Shown here: positions 1 to 11,645 of the stretch, piece by piece
Layout of the letters: every line of letters starts with the position of its first letter
Numbering within the stretch: position 1 is the first letter of the stretch
Assembly: GCA_030694965.1 (NCBI GenBank)
Contig: JAUYTZ010000009.1
Coordinates: 66,427 to 130,426 of the forward strand
Direction: 5' to 3'
Length of the DNA: 64,000 bases
Source of the DNA: Candidatus Paracaedibacteraceae bacterium
GTDB lineage: Bacteria > Pseudomonadota > Alphaproteobacteria > Paracaedibacterales > CAIOTO01
Made by a program: the position numbers and the translations under genes
Notes under the pieces: generated by a model
What the model saw: the letters and a program-made list of their open reading frames with translations, nothing else
Told to the model about the DNA's origin: nothing
Databases searched by the model: none

Positions 1-1
1 T

Positions 2-1159
2 GTATTTGCAGGTGGAATGTATTCACCTCCGGAACTCACTGAAGAAGAAATCAATTATATAAAAACACCACTTACATTTACAAAAGCTGAAGAGCTTGCT
101 TTGCCAGAAGCGTTACATGAGTATTTTGTAGAATCAATGTCAACTGAAATGTGTAAAGAGCTAGCTGAAGCTTATTTAACAGAAGGCTCCTTTGATCTTC
201 GTGTAAATGCAATTAAATCAACACGTGAGGCTGCTATGGCCGTTTTAATGGGAGAAGGTTTTGATGTTTCGCCAACTCCACACAGCCCCTTTGGTATTCG
301 TTTCAAAGGCCGCCAATCACTTGAAGGACATCATTTGTTTAAAGATGGTATTGTGGATGTGCAGGATGAAGGGTCACAGTTGATCGCGCTTTCATGTGAA
401 GCATCTGCAAAAATGGCTGTTTTAGATTATTGTGCTGGAGCTGGTGGAAAGACTTTAGCTCTTGCTGCTGCAATGCAAAATAAGGGTCAGCTTTTTGCCT
501 GTGACATTCATGAATGGCGCTTAAATCGCGCTCGTGATCGTTTGCGCCGTGCATCTATTCATAACGTGCGTTTTAATGAAGCAAATGATTCCAAATTTTT
601 AAAGCGTCATCAAAACTTTTTTGATCGCGTGTTAGTTGATGCTCCGTGTTCAGGAACTGGTACATGGCGCCGGAATCCTGATATGAAATTTAAAACTACG
701 CAAAGAGATATTAATGAACTGCAAGTACTGCAACGCTCTATTTTATCAAAAGTTGCGCCACTGGTTAAATCGGGTGGATGGTTAGTTTACGCAACGTGTT
801 CTGTCTTTAAGCGTGAAAACCAAGATCAAATAGCTTGGTTTTTAGAAAATAACCCTGATTTTAGATTAATCACAGATGAAAGGCCTGAGGATGAAGTTGA
901 TCCTGCAGCAGAAAATGATGTTCTACCTGTTGAAGCCATTGAAATAATAACTGATTCTGCTAATAATGAGAGGTCTGAAAATACTATTATTGTAGCTAAG
1001 CTAACAAAACCTAAAAAAGTTCAAAAGTCTGTATTCTATGCTAACTTATCAAACACATTGCCTAAAGTGGATGGTGCTAATAATGCATTAGGATTACAAT
1101 TGCTGCCGAACTTGCACGGGACAGATGGGTTTTTTATGTCAATTTTGGTAAAGATATAA
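2..1159 (+). CDS. rsmB: RsmB/Sun (NOL1/NOP2/Sun) family rRNA cytosine-C5 methyltransferase, 5' end cut by window edge
   Basis: SAM-binding LDYCAGAGGKT, catalytic DAPCSGTGTWRRNPD and YATCS motifs. The frame is open back to nt 2. Low-complexity C-terminal tail. Confidence 0.8.
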   Translation, partial: VFAGGMYSPPELTEEEINYIKTPLTFTKAEELALPEALHEYFVESMSTEMCKELAEAYLTEGSFDLRVNAIKSTREAAMAVLMGEGFDVSPTPHSPFGIRFKGRQSLEGHHLFKDGIVDVQDEGSQLIALSCEASAKMAVLDYCAGAGGKTLALAAAMQNKGQLFACDIHEWRLNRARDRLRRASIHNVRFNEANDSKFLKRHQNFFDRVLVDAPCSGTGTWRRNPDMKFKTTQRDINELQVLQRSILSKVAPLVKSGGWLVYATCSVFKRENQDQIAWFLENNPDFRLITDERPEDEVDPAAENDVLPVEAIEIITDSANNERSENTIIVAKLTKPKKVQKSVFYANLSNTLPKVDGANNALGLQLLPNLHGTDGFFMSILVKI

Positions 1160-1230
1160 CAATCACAATTTGACACAAATCAAACGTTTAAAAAGGGAGG
1201 TCACTTTATAGAGATCTCCCTTTTATCATG

Positions 1231-1833
1231 TCATTTTGTACAGGGCATTGTCAGGTCTGTGTTTATAGAGCTATTTACTTCATATAGCACGGGCCTCTCA
1301 ACTCGCATTGTTCTTACATATCGAGTTGCTTTCGGAAGTAATAATTCATCTCTTAACCCATCTCGTAACATGTTCAATAAAGTATCACATTGAATATTTT
1401 TTTCTTCTGAAAGATTGTATTGCTCTATGATTGAACAAACTAATTTTATTTCCTTTCTTTTTCCATATAATTGGATAATTGTAAATGATTTTTCAAGTCC
1501 ATCAAGGTATATATTGTAATCGATGCTTTTTGGATCTCTTCTAAGATAGAGAGCAATGCCTTCATATGCATTGCTCAAATATTCTATTCGCTTTATTCTG
1601 CGCATATTTTCGTCAGCTCCTCTTGCGCTGGTAAGCCAACCCATTATTGCTACACTTATCGCAATGGCAGTTAACCCACTGCCTACCTCTTTATATTCTA
1701 AAAGAAGATCAAGACCATAAAAAGTCGTTATTGCACTGCATAAAATAATAAACCAAAATTTTTTCCAATATCGAAAGAAAAAGAATATGTTTGAAAACAT
1801 TTTTAATCTAACTTCTTCTAATTCAAAATTCAT
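1231..1833 (-). CDS. hypothetical membrane protein (two predicted N-terminal TM helices plus a soluble domain)
   Basis: 200-aa ORF with no recognisable motif. Visibly more AT-rich than the flanking housekeeping genes. Confidence 0.4.
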   Translation of the reverse strand: MNFELEEVRLKMFSNIFFFFRYWKKFWFIILCSAITTFYGLDLLLEYKEVGSGLTAIAISVAIMGWLTSARGADENMRRIKRIEYLSNAYEGIALYLRRDPKSIDYNIYLDGLEKSFTIIQLYGKRKEIKLVCSIIEQYNLSEEKNIQCDTLLNMLRDGLRDELLLPKATRYVRTMRVERPVLYEVNSSINTDLTMPCTK

Positions 1834-1942
1834 ATTTTTTTACTTTCTTTATTCATATTTTTTTTATTTTTTTATTCTACTATTGAGCGCTTTTCTTTGT
1901 AAAAGCATATTAATTTGAGTTTTTACAACAATAGACTTTCTG

Positions 1943-2266
1943 TTATAAAGTGAACGAGTTACCACATCCGCAACCAGCAGTTGCGTTTGGATTTGTGATA
2001 ACAAATTTAGATGCTACTAAGTCTTCTGTGAAATCAAGTATGCCGCCATTAATAAAGTTAAGTGAGATGTCGTCAATTATCACTTTTGTATCAAATGCTT
2101 CAAACACGCGGTCATCAGTTGTTAATGCATTATCAAAAATAAAATTGTATTGAAAGCCAGAACACCCTCCGCCTGTCACGCTAATACGCAAGAATGAGTC
2201 AGAAACTTCATCTTTCAATAAAAAATGAATTCTCTTTGCTGCTGATTCTGTAAAGGTAAAAGTCAT
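1943..2266 (-). CDS. erpA: iron-sulfur cluster insertion protein, HesB/IscA/ErpA family
   Basis: GGGCSGFQY and C-terminal CGCGNSF cluster-ligand motifs; 107 aa. Confidence 0.85.
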   Translation of the reverse strand: MTFTFTESAAKRIHFLLKDEVSDSFLRISVTGGGCSGFQYNFIFDNALTTDDRVFEAFDTKVIIDDISLNFINGGILDFTEDLVASKFVITNPNATAGCGCGNSFTL

Positions 2267-2284
2267 AAGGTTCTCCTATTATGT

Positions 2285-3280
2285 CTAGCATTCTGCATTA
2301 AGTGTGTCGATAATCGCTTGCATATCCTTTGGTAAATCGCAGCTGAAATCACAAAGCTCATTCGTTGTGGGGTGAATGAAAGAAAGGCGATATGCGTGTA
2401 GTGCTTGTCTGTCAAAATTTTGAATACATTCAGGCATGCCTTTTAGACGTTGATATTGATTCTTTCCATACAAAGGGTCACCAATGATATGGCATAAAAT
2501 AGATTGACAGTGTACACGAATTTGATGTGTACGTCCTGTTCCTAAATGACAATCCAGCAAGCTAATCGTTGTTGCTGATACACTTGGTAATTCCCAATTT
2601 GAATCAATAGTTAGGTGAGTGATGGCTTTTTTACCACCTCCATTAATAATCAGTGCCATTTTCTGGCGGTTTCGAGGATGCCTGCCAATAATGCCTTCAA
2701 GCGTAAGTTTTTTACGTGCAGGTTTACCAAACACTAATGCTTTGTAGCGACGACTTAACATTTTTTCTTCATTTGCTAAATCTGGATGAAACTGAGCACT
2801 TAAAAAATTATGCGCATGATCATTTTTTGCGACAACCATAAGCCCACTTGTATCTTTGTCAAGACGGTGAACTATGCCGGGACGTTTAACGCCGCCAATA
2901 CCCGATAAACTGTCACCACAATGTGCAAGCAATGCATTTACAAGTGTATTATCATAGTGACCAGGTGCAGGGTGCACAACAAGCCCAACAGGTTTATTTA
3001 GTACAAGTACATCGCTGTCTTCATAAATGATATCTAATGGAATATCTTGCGCTATAATGTGTGTGTCAACAACTTCAGGCATAGTCAAAAAGTATTGTTC
3101 ACCTTCTTTGACTTTATAGCTTGCTTGATAAAATGGTGTTTCATCTCGAACAAGACACCCTTGTTCAAGCCATTGTTGAATCCGAGAACGGCTTTCTGTT
3201 GCAAATCGAGAAACAAGAACGCGATCCAGTCTAAGTCCTTGCTCAGATGAATCAACGCAAATAGAAATTTTATGTGTCAT
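2285..3280 (-). CDS. rluD: RluA-family 23S rRNA pseudouridine synthase (RluD-like) with N-terminal S4 domain
   Basis: Catalytic HRLDKDTSGLMVVAK motif and GRTHQIRVH motif. Confidence 0.85.
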   Translation of the reverse strand: MTHKISICVDSSEQGLRLDRVLVSRFATESRSRIQQWLEQGCLVRDETPFYQASYKVKEGEQYFLTMPEVVDTHIIAQDIPLDIIYEDSDVLVLNKPVGLVVHPAPGHYDNTLVNALLAHCGDSLSGIGGVKRPGIVHRLDKDTSGLMVVAKNDHAHNFLSAQFHPDLANEEKMLSRRYKALVFGKPARKKLTLEGIIGRHPRNRQKMALIINGGGKKAITHLTIDSNWELPSVSATTISLLDCHLGTGRTHQIRVHCQSILCHIIGDPLYGKNQYQRLKGMPECIQNFDRQALHAYRLSFIHPTTNELCDFSCDLPKDMQAIIDTLNAEC

Positions 3281-3282
3281 TA

Positions 3283-3633
3283 TTAATTAGGGTTCCAGGC
3301 TGTATAATCAGGCTTTTTTAAATGTTTGTCAGTTGTAAAATGGTATTTTTTTGGATTATTTGCAAGAGGTGTTCCAGTTAAATTTGGCAAATGACGTGTT
3401 TTATCAGTTAATTCGACATTTTGCATCGCAGGCATGTTATCTGATGTGTAATGTAGCCAGCTATGCCAGAGAGGCGGAACTTTGCTAGCTTCTTCTATGC
3501 CTTTATAAAGAACAAATCGACGTTTTTGTTTTCCTTTTGCTGATTTCTTTTCTTGATAATAGGTGTTTCCATAAGCATCTAAGCCCACTTGTTGACCATT
3601 CCATTTAAGATAGAGACGTACCCACAAATGCAT
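3283..3633 (-). CDS. NDUFA12 (B17.2)-like NADH:ubiquinone oxidoreductase accessory-subunit family protein
   Basis: GNTYYQ ... RRFVLY ... PPLWHSWLHYTSD pattern typical of the alphaproteobacterial NDUFA12 family. Confidence 0.7.
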   Translation of the reverse strand: MHLWVRLYLKWNGQQVGLDAYGNTYYQEKKSAKGKQKRRFVLYKGIEEASKVPPLWHSWLHYTSDNMPAMQNVELTDKTRHLPNLTGTPLANNPKKYHFTTDKHLKKPDYTAWNPN

Positions 3634-3730
3634 AATGCCTTCGCCTATTCATTTTTTCTTATACTGTACACTATAAATAGCTACTTTTAAACCTTATACG
3701 AAGCTTTTGTACAAAACTAATTTTGTAAGA

Positions 3731-6610
3731 TTAAATAGCTTCTTTCATAAATCGTTGTTTAAGATAAGGTTTTAAATAATATCCCGTGTAGCTTTTTTCA
3801 ATGTGGACAATATCTTCTGGTGTTCCTGCAGCAACAATATTGCCTCCGCCTGAACCACCCTCGGGTCCCATGTCAATAATCCAGTCAGCTGTCTTAATAA
3901 CTTCAAGGTTATGCTCAATTACAAGAACGGTATTACCCTGATCGACCAACGTATGAAGTACTTCAAGCAATTTTCGTACATCGTCAAAATGTAGGCCTGT
4001 TGTAGGCTCATCCAAAATGTACAGCGTTTTACCTGTAGCACGACGTGACAATTCTTTTGCCAATTTAACACGTTGTGCTTCACCGCCAGACAAGGTCGTT
4101 GCTGATTGACCCACTTTAACGTAACCCAGCCCTACTTGCTGTAGGCATTTTAATTTTTCGCGTACTTGTGAATGTGCTTCAAAAAAGATAACAGCATCAT
4201 CTACAGTCAGGTCTAAGATATCAGCAATGCTTTTGCCTTTGTAATGTATATCAAGTGTTTCTCGGTTATAACGTTTACCATGACATTGATCACATTTAAC
4301 ATAGACATCTGGTAGGAAATGCATTTCAATTTTAATAACGCCATCACCTTGGCATGCTTCGCAACGCCCGCCTTTAACATTGAACGAAAAGCGCCCTGGT
4401 GCATAGCCTCGTACCTTTGATTCAGGTAGCCCTGAAAACCATTCGCGAATGGGGGTGAAGCAACCAATATATGTTGCAGGATTTGATCTTGGTGTGCGTC
4501 CAATAGGAGATTGATCGATATCAATAATCTTATCGATAAATTCTATACCTTCAAGACGATCATGTTCGCCCGGTGTTTCACGCGCACCTGAAATGGCTTT
4601 TGCTAATGCTTTGTAGAGTGTTTCAATCACAAGTGTAGATTTACCTCCACCAGACACACCTGTTACGCATGTAAATGTTCCAAGGGGAATGCTTGCGCTT
4701 ACATTTTGTAAGTTGTTAGCGCGTGCTCCATAAAGACTTAAAGCCTTTCCTGCGTGACCCGTACGGCGTTTTCCGGGAAGTGGAATGAATTTAGCGCCTC
4801 GTAAGTATTGGCCTGTTATGCTGTTTGGATTATTTGTGACTTCCTCAGGTGTGCCTTGGGCAATAATTTCTCCGCCCGCTGACCCAGCTGCTGGTCCCAT
4901 ATCAATAACATAATCGGCCGTTCGTATCGCATCCTCATCGTGTTCAACAACGACAACCGTATTTCCAATATCGCGTAAGTGTTTTAGAGTTTCCAGTAAG
5001 CGGTCATTGTCACGCTGGTGTAAGCCAATAGATGGCTCATCTAATACATAGAGGACGCCTGTTAAGCTTGATCCCACTTGTGAAGCAAGACGAATACGTT
5101 GACTTTCCCCGCCAGAAAGACTGCCTGCAGCACGTGACAGAGTTAAATAGTTTAAACCAACATTCACCAAGAACATTAAGCGGTTACGAATTTCTTTTAA
5201 AATACGTACGGCAATAGCTTCTTGTTTGGGTGTTAATGTAAGTGTATTGAACCATTCATAAGCATCACTAATAGAAAATTGACATACTTCAGCAATATTT
5301 TTGTCATTAATTTTGACACATAAAGCTTCAGGGCGTAGTCGATGTCCGTGACATGTGTGGCATGTGTTTTCATTCTGATACTGTGTTAGCATGTCCCGAA
5401 CCCATTCACTTTCAGTGTCTTGCCAGCGACGAGTAAGATTAGGGATGACTCCTTCAAATGCTTTTTTGCTTACATAACTTCGATAACCATCATTGTACGT
5501 GATTGGTATAGTTTCTGTACCAGAACCATAAAGAAGAGCGCTTTGAATTTTTGCTGAAAGCTCTGCGAACGGAACATCAATAGAACCGCCATAGTGTGCG
5601 ACAACTGATTCAAGCATTTGTAAGTAATATTCACGTGTTGCTGCAATGCGTTTGCCTGAGCTTTCTTCTGACCATGGAGCGATTGCGCCACCTCGAATAC
5701 TAAGTGTATGGTTCGGTACAACAAGCCCAGCATCAAACACAACTTCGATGCCTAAACCATCACAGGTAGGGCAGGCGCCTTGTGGTCCATTAAATGAAAA
5801 TAGACGTGGTTCAATTTCTTCAAGCGTAAAACCAGATTCAGGGCAGGCAAATTTTGATGAAAAGGTCATTACTTCGCCTGTGTCAACTTGTTCAGCCCAC
5901 ACAAGCCCGCCGCTAAGATTCAATGCTGTTTCAAAGGAATCTGCAAGACGTATCATAAATTCTTTTGTGTCAGCAGAATCAGGTATAACAAAACGGTCAA
6001 CGACCACAGAAATATCATGCTTAATATTTTTTTTAAGGTCTGGCACTTCATCAAGCGAATAAAGTATTCCATCTACTTTGACGCGTTGAAATCCTTTTTT
6101 TTGTAAATCGAGAAGTTCTTTCTTATATTCACCTTTACGACCGCGCACAATAGGAGCTAATAGCATTAAGCGTGTCTTTGTAGGTACTTCAAGAACGCGA
6201 TCCACCATTTGTGATACAGTTTGTGCTTCGATCGGTAAACCTGTTGCAGGTGAATGTGGTACACCAATGCGTGCAAACAAAAGACGCATATAATCATAAA
6301 GCTCGGTGACGGTCCCAACAGTTGAACGTGGGTTTTTAGATGTTGTTTTTTGCTCAATGGAAATAGCTGGACTTAAGCCATCAATTGAGTCAACGTCTGG
6401 CTTTTCCATGAGTTGTAAAAACTGACGTGCATAAGACGACAAACTTTCAACATAGCGACGTTGTCCTTCGGCATATAATGTATCAAAGGCAAGTGATGAT
6501 TTGCCAGAACCTGAAAGACCTGTAATAACAACCAATTTATCACGAGGAATATCTACATTAATGTTTTTTAGGTTATGTTCGCGTGCACCGCGAATTTGAA
6601 TCATCTGCAT
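3731..6610 (-). CDS. uvrA: excinuclease ABC subunit A
   Basis: 959 aa. Two ABC modules (Walker [10 protein letters not shown] and GVSGGGKST; LSGGE signature twice) and CxxC zinc modules. Confidence 0.97.
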   Translation of the reverse strand: MQMIQIRGAREHNLKNINVDIPRDKLVVITGLSGSGKSSLAFDTLYAEGQRRYVESLSSYARQFLQLMEKPDVDSIDGLSPAISIEQKTTSKNPRSTVGTVTELYDYMRLLFARIGVPHSPATGLPIEAQTVSQMVDRVLEVPTKTRLMLLAPIVRGRKGEYKKELLDLQKKGFQRVKVDGILYSLDEVPDLKKNIKHDISVVVDRFVIPDSADTKEFMIRLADSFETALNLSGGLVWAEQVDTGEVMTFSSKFACPESGFTLEEIEPRLFSFNGPQGACPTCDGLGIEVVFDAGLVVPNHTLSIRGGAIAPWSEESSGKRIAATREYYLQMLESVVAHYGGSIDVPFAELSAKIQSALLYGSGTETIPITYNDGYRSYVSKKAFEGVIPNLTRRWQDTESEWVRDMLTQYQNENTCHTCHGHRLRPEALCVKINDKNIAEVCQFSISDAYEWFNTLTLTPKQEAIAVRILKEIRNRLMFLVNVGLNYLTLSRAAGSLSGGESQRIRLASQVGSSLTGVLYVLDEPSIGLHQRDNDRLLETLKHLRDIGNTVVVVEHDEDAIRTADYVIDMGPAAGSAGGEIIAQGTPEEVTNNPNSITGQYLRGAKFIPLPGKRRTGHAGKALSLYGARANNLQNVSASIPLGTFTCVTGVSGGGKSTLVIETLYKALAKAISGARETPGEHDRLEGIEFIDKIIDIDQSPIGRTPRSNPATYIGCFTPIREWFSGLPESKVRGYAPGRFSFNVKGGRCEACQGDGVIKIEMHFLPDVYVKCDQCHGKRYNRETLDIHYKGKSIADILDLTVDDAVIFFEAHSQVREKLKCLQQVGLGYVKVGQSATTLSGGEAQRVKLAKELSRRATGKTLYILDEPTTGLHFDDVRKLLEVLHTLVDQGNTVLVIEHNLEVIKTADWIIDMGPEGGSGGGNIVAAGTPEDIVHIEKSYTGYYLKPYLKQRFMKEAI

Positions 6611-6792
6611 TTTGGCACCTCAACTGTCTATCATACAGACATAGACATTTTACGGTGATTATGCAAGAGGCCAAATCAATATTGTGTGTGTATAAGTTGT
6701 TTTTTGTACATCAATCAATAATTTGTCTGCTTAATGCGTAATATGAGCATTAAAAAGAGAGAAATTAATCCCTCTTTTCATTTTATTGTATT

Positions 6793-8187
6793 TTAATAGT
6801 GGATTACACGACCAAGTGAATCGAGTGTTGATTCATGCATCATTTCCGACAGTGTTGGGTGTGGGAAAATAGTGTGAATTAATTCTTCTTCTGTTGCTTC
6901 CAATGTTTTTGCAATAGCAAAGCCTTGAATCATTTCTGTAACTTCCGCACCAATCATATGCGCGCCTATAAGTTCACCCGTTTTTGCATCAAAAATTGTT
7001 TTAACGAGACCATCAGGTTCACCAAGAGCAATTGCTTTACCATTGCCACGGAAAGGGAATCGACCCACTTTTATGTCACGTTTTGCTTCAATTGCTTTTG
7101 CTTCAGTTAATCCAATGCTGGCAATTTGAGGCATGCTATAAGTGCAACCCGGGATGCAATCACGTGCCATTGGGTGTGTTTTTAAGTTGGCAATCTTTTC
7201 AACGCATAAAATCCCTTCGTGTGAAGCTTTATGCGCAAGCCATGGTGCGCCTGCAACGTCACCGATGGCATAGACACCTGGTTCAGCTGTTTGGCAATAT
7301 GCATCGACAATAATTTGTCCTTTTTCAACTTTAACTTTTGTTTTTTCAAGGCCAAGATTTTCTGTATTACCAACAATGCCGATTGCCACGACAACGGCGT
7401 CATATGTTTTTGTTTCTACCTTGCCGTCTTTTGTTTTAATTGTAGCTGTTACATTTGTGTCTGTTGCTTTTAGATCAGTAACAGATGCTGCTAACATAAA
7501 GTTCATGCCTTGCTTTTCAAATGCTTTTTGGGCAAGTGTAGATATTTCTTTGTCTTCTTGTGGAAGGATTTGTTCAAGTAATTCAACAACAGTTACATTT
7601 GCACCAAGTGTTTTGTAGAAACTTGCAAATTCAATACCGATGGCGCCTGACCCAACAATAAGTAGATCTTTTGGCATAAAGGTAGGTGTCATGGCTTCTT
7701 TTGCAAGCCATACACGCGGGTGGTTTTGTGAGATAAATGGAAGCGTGCGTGCACGAGCGCCCGTTGCTAGAATAATGTGGTTAGCAGATACATTTTCAGA
7801 TTTACCATCTTTTAATGTGATCGTTACTTTTTTATTACCTTCAATTTTTGCGGCACCTTCAAATAACGTCACTTTATTTTTTTTCAAAAGCCCACGAATG
7901 CCTGTTGCAAGTTGCCCTGATATAGTTCGTGATCGTTTGACCATCGCGTCTAAGTCAATCTCACTTTTGCTTACTTTGATGCCAAATTCACTTGCATGGT
8001 CAATTAGATGTTTAACTTCAGCGCTGCGAAGAAGTGCTTTCGTTGGGATACATCCCCAATTTAAGCAGATGCCACCAACGTGCTCGCGCTCAATGATTGC
8101 TACCTTCATGCCAAGTTGTGCTGCACGTATAGCGGCAACGTATCCGCCAGGTCCAGCGCCTATAATGACTATATCAAAGTTTTGCAT
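6793..8187 (-). CDS. lpdA: dihydrolipoyl dehydrogenase (E3)
   Basis: FAD fold GAGPGGYVAAIRAAQLG, redox disulfide GGICLNWGCIPTK, C-terminal HPTLSE. Confidence 0.93.
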   Translation of the reverse strand: MQNFDIVIIGAGPGGYVAAIRAAQLGMKVAIIEREHVGGICLNWGCIPTKALLRSAEVKHLIDHASEFGIKVSKSEIDLDAMVKRSRTISGQLATGIRGLLKKNKVTLFEGAAKIEGNKKVTITLKDGKSENVSANHIILATGARARTLPFISQNHPRVWLAKEAMTPTFMPKDLLIVGSGAIGIEFASFYKTLGANVTVVELLEQILPQEDKEISTLAQKAFEKQGMNFMLAASVTDLKATDTNVTATIKTKDGKVETKTYDAVVVAIGIVGNTENLGLEKTKVKVEKGQIIVDAYCQTAEPGVYAIGDVAGAPWLAHKASHEGILCVEKIANLKTHPMARDCIPGCTYSMPQIASIGLTEAKAIEAKRDIKVGRFPFRGNGKAIALGEPDGLVKTIFDAKTGELIGAHMIGAEVTEMIQGFAIAKTLEATEEELIHTIFPHPTLSEMMHESTLDSLGRVIHY

Positions 8188-8262
8188 GGTAGTGATTATC
8201 CTAATATTAATTTTTTATGGGTTAAGAATAAACGAAAAAGGCTTCAAAGAGCAAATAATCCT

Positions 8263-9087
8263 TTAGATTTCATCGTTCTTTTTCAAATTAAGTGCGCGTT
8301 TATAGACTTCTTTCTTTTGAAGTTTATAGGCTTCTGCCACCATGTGTGCCGCATCTTTAATAGAAAGTGTTTGCAATGCCTGGGTGAGGGCATCATCTAT
8401 TGTTTGATCTGATATAACGTCATCTGCATGTGTGCAACTTAATACAATCACGATTTCACCCTTTGGTGGATGCTGTTCGTAGTATTCAATGACTGTTGCA
8501 AAATCACCTGTTTGTACTTCTTCAAACATTTTGCTTATTTCACGGACGACCGCAACCGTTCTATTGTGAAAGGAATCTTTCATAAGTTCGAGAGTTTCGA
8601 CAACTCTTCGAGGTGACTCAAAAAAAACAAGAGTCCCATTAAATGATGCCCATTGTTGCATGTTTTTAGCATTAAAAAAACCAACAAATGCAAATGCATG
8701 ACTCATTAATCCTGATAAAACAAGTGCCGATGGCACTGCTGATGCCCCTGGAAGGGTTGTTACATATTGGCCAGCTTCATGGCATGCGCGAACGAGTTTT
8801 GTTCCTGGATCTGAGATAAGAGGTGTTCCTGCATCACTAATTAAAGCAACGGATTGTCCGTTGCTTATCGCTTTTAAAATTTGGGGGCGTATGTGCTCAG
8901 CATTATGATCATGATACGACCAAAGCTTTGTTGAGATGCCATAATGGGTAAGTAAATTCATGGATACGCGCGTATCTTCACAGGCAATAATATCGCATGC
9001 TTGTAAGATTTCAAGGGCACGCAACGTAATGTCTTTTATGTTTCCAATAGGCGTTGCAACGCAATAGAGACCAGGCTTTAATGTCAT
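8263..9087 (-). CDS. rsmI: 16S rRNA (cytidine1402-2'-O)-methyltransferase
   Basis: LYCVATPIGNIKDITLRALEIL ... ACEDTR N-terminus typical of the tetrapyrrole-methylase-fold RsmI. Confidence 0.85.
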   Translation of the reverse strand: MTLKPGLYCVATPIGNIKDITLRALEILQACDIIACEDTRVSMNLLTHYGISTKLWSYHDHNAEHIRPQILKAISNGQSVALISDAGTPLISDPGTKLVRACHEAGQYVTTLPGASAVPSALVLSGLMSHAFAFVGFFNAKNMQQWASFNGTLVFFESPRRVVETLELMKDSFHNRTVAVVREISKMFEEVQTGDFATVIEYYEQHPPKGEIVIVLSCTHADDVISDQTIDDALTQALQTLSIKDAAHMVAEAYKLQKKEVYKRALNLKKNDEI

Positions 9088-9162
9088 ATTTTTAAATACT
9101 TATTAGTTTTATAAAACATTGGCACAAAAATTGCAGGATAGAAAGCGGAAAAGTAAATTTGA

Positions 9163-9960
9163 TTGACTCGTAATAAAATAATGATTATTCGATACGTATT
9201 ATTTTTTTTGTATATGTTTTTGTTTAAAGCGATTGCACAAAATAGTTTTTCATCCTGTGAAGTTTTTGTTCGTCAGCAGGAGAAATTTTATCACATTCCT
9301 ATGCATTTGCTAAAAGCTATATCTTTGATTGAGTCAGGCAGGATAATTAAATCAGGCCAACGAGTAGCTTGGCCTTGGACAATTAATGTGGGTGGTAAGG
9401 GGTATGCTTTCGAAAGTAAAGATGCCGCTATTAAAGCAGTTCGAAAGTTTCAAAGACACGGTGAAACAAATATTGATGTTGGGTGTATGCAGATTAATTT
9501 AAGGTACCATCCAATAGCTTTTCGTGACTTAGAGTCTGCTTTTGATCCCCAATTGAATATTGCTTACGCAGCTCAATTTTTGAATAGCTTAAAGCGACAA
9601 CTTGGGAATTGGCGAGCAGCCGTTGCTCATTATCATTCAGCTAGTCCTAAGTTTCACCAACCTTATTGTGAAAAAATTCATAAACAATGGGAAATATTGC
9701 GTAATTTTTCAGGAAATATAACGCCTGTTGTGCATGATGTTGGTTACGTAACTAACTCAGTTGCCTTTAGATTATTACAACCAACGGCCTTAGCACATAT
9801 TGTACAAAGAATGGCGCCTCAGCTAAATGTAAATCAGCAAGGTTTAGCCCCTGTGCCAATTCTACTACCTGGTAAAATTCTACCTATTAATGGACACATC
9901 GCAAAGCCAGAGCCATATGCGCGTCTAAAATATCGTAAATTTTATCATGCATTACCGTAG
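9163..9960 (+). CDS. secreted lytic transglycosylase (SLT domain) protein
   Basis: Signal peptide; LIESGR catalytic-Glu region, AWPWTINV and GCMQINLRYH motifs. The track start is TTG at 9163; the ATG at 9181 is an equally plausible start. Confidence 0.6.
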   Translation: MTRNKIMIIRYVLFFLYMFLFKAIAQNSFSSCEVFVRQQEKFYHIPMHLLKAISLIESGRIIKSGQRVAWPWTINVGGKGYAFESKDAAIKAVRKFQRHGETNIDVGCMQINLRYHPIAFRDLESAFDPQLNIAYAAQFLNSLKRQLGNWRAAVAHYHSASPKFHQPYCEKIHKQWEILRNFSGNITPVVHDVGYVTNSVAFRLLQPTALAHIVQRMAPQLNVNQQGLAPVPILLPGKILPINGHIAKPEPYARLKYRKFYHALP

Positions 9961-10172
9961 AAGTGAGTAGGATCTTTGCCTGTGAAGTAATCTAAGTTAA
10001 TTAGCAAAAAATTAATGAATAAATTGATAAAAGCTCATAAATAAAAAAAGCTACATAAGTTAAAGTGTTGGCTGAAAAATTTTTGATTTTAGAGCTAAGA
10101 TAAACACAAAATTTATTTCTCAAGTTTTTTGAGTGTAGCATTATCTACTTTCAGGTTGCTTAAGTGATACTG

Positions 10173-11483
10173 TTACCTGCGTTGTGAGCTGCGTGTTCCC
10201 ATAACAATAATAAGTGCAATAAGCGCTGCTAATCCTATGATTGCACTTACGATAAAAGAGTTGTGAAACCCAAAGTTTTTCGCAACCCAACCTCCAACAA
10301 GGGGCTCGGTAATCATGGAGGCTGTCGCACTAATTATGTAGTAAATACCAAATCCTGTTCCACGCAAATTCTCTGGGATAATTTCTGCAATAAGGGATGA
10401 AAAGATATTCATAGTAACACCGTATTGAAAGCCCCAGAATAATACACCTGTATATAGAATCCAAAGATTTCCCGCAGTTGCTAGAATAATATCAGCAATA
10501 ACTAGCAAAATAATACCAATAGCAAGTAGCCAGTAACGATTCATACGATCTGCAATTACTCCGATGGGGTAAGATGTTGCGCACCAGCCAATATTAAATA
10601 CCATAAATATAACAGGTGCGTAACGCATAAGAAGTCCATAATTCGTCGTTGCATGAAGCACGATAAATTGTTCATTTAAACGCGACAACATAAAGATGCC
10701 ATTGATAAGCATGAGCAGCCAAAAGGAAGAACCTAGTAAGCGTAGATTAGACCATTTGACGCGATGGCGCCTTTTTTCAGCAGGCAAGGGAACTTCTGAT
10801 GAGATTGCTGAATGTTCGTATCGTTTTGGTTCTTTAATAAAAATGAAAACGAGTATAAACGCAATTGATGAAGGGATGCAAGCAAGCCAGAAAACGGCTG
10901 ATATATTATCACCAAACGCCCACATAACAAGAAAACCACATACAGCCCCCATAAACGATCCTGCTGTTGCAAGGCTTCGCTTGAGTCCATAAGCACTACC
11001 TAAACGACTAGCCGGAGTAATATCTGCAACAAGGGCATCGCGTGGCGCTGAATAAATACCGTTGCCAAAGCGTTCCATTATTTTACCTGAATAAAATAAA
11101 TTAACACCAGATGCAAGTGCCATAAGTGGACGTGCAATAAATATAAGGAAGTAACCAAGCAACATAATGGGTTTTCGACGACGTAAAGCATCGCTTATCA
11201 TGCCAGATGCAAACTTCATTAAAAACGAAGCTGCTTCAGATAAACCTTCAAGAAAACCAATACCAATTAAGCCAACACCTAACATTTGTAAATATAGGCC
11301 TGAAAAAGGAAGCACCATGACCATAGAAAGATTAAACAAAAACATAGAGGCACCCAGTACCCATACCATTTTTGGAATTTGGTCTGAGTTTAGCGATGAA
11401 TCAAGAGATATTTCTTGATTCGTATTATTTTTTGTCCGTACTATTTCGTCGGGAGATTCGGTCTTTGTTCTTGAAACCGCCAT
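10173..11483 (-). CDS. MFS transporter
   Basis: 436 aa, about 12 hydrophobic segments, MFS loop 2-3 motif GMISDALRRRKP. Confidence 0.7.
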   Translation of the reverse strand: MAVSRTKTESPDEIVRTKNNTNQEISLDSSLNSDQIPKMVWVLGASMFLFNLSMVMVLPFSGLYLQMLGVGLIGIGFLEGLSEAASFLMKFASGMISDALRRRKPIMLLGYFLIFIARPLMALASGVNLFYSGKIMERFGNGIYSAPRDALVADITPASRLGSAYGLKRSLATAGSFMGAVCGFLVMWAFGDNISAVFWLACIPSSIAFILVFIFIKEPKRYEHSAISSEVPLPAEKRRHRVKWSNLRLLGSSFWLLMLINGIFMLSRLNEQFIVLHATTNYGLLMRYAPVIFMVFNIGWCATSYPIGVIADRMNRYWLLAIGIILLVIADIILATAGNLWILYTGVLFWGFQYGVTMNIFSSLIAEIIPENLRGTGFGIYYIISATASMITEPLVGGWVAKNFGFHNSFIVSAIIGLAALIALIIVMGTRSSQRR

Positions 11484-11645
11484 TATTTCACTCTCGTCGT
11501 GTTTGCTGTTATCTCTTACATAAGGGGATAACCTTTAAAATTCAAGCATTAATTTAATTTTTAACAAAAAATTGATTGTTATTGTTTTATAGTGTGGTAT
11601 TTAATCCTTGTGCCGCTATATATGGTCTATGCTATCACTTGTAAT

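Noticed and set aside
4213-8412. Numerous 60-210-aa ORFs on either strand within uvrA, lpdA and the 5' part of rsmI (for example 5646-6062, 7640-8266, 8080-8412)
   Set aside because: They lie inside or largely overlap (the last extends into rsmI) long genes with unambiguous conserved motifs, and they show no motifs of their own. They are shadow ORFs.
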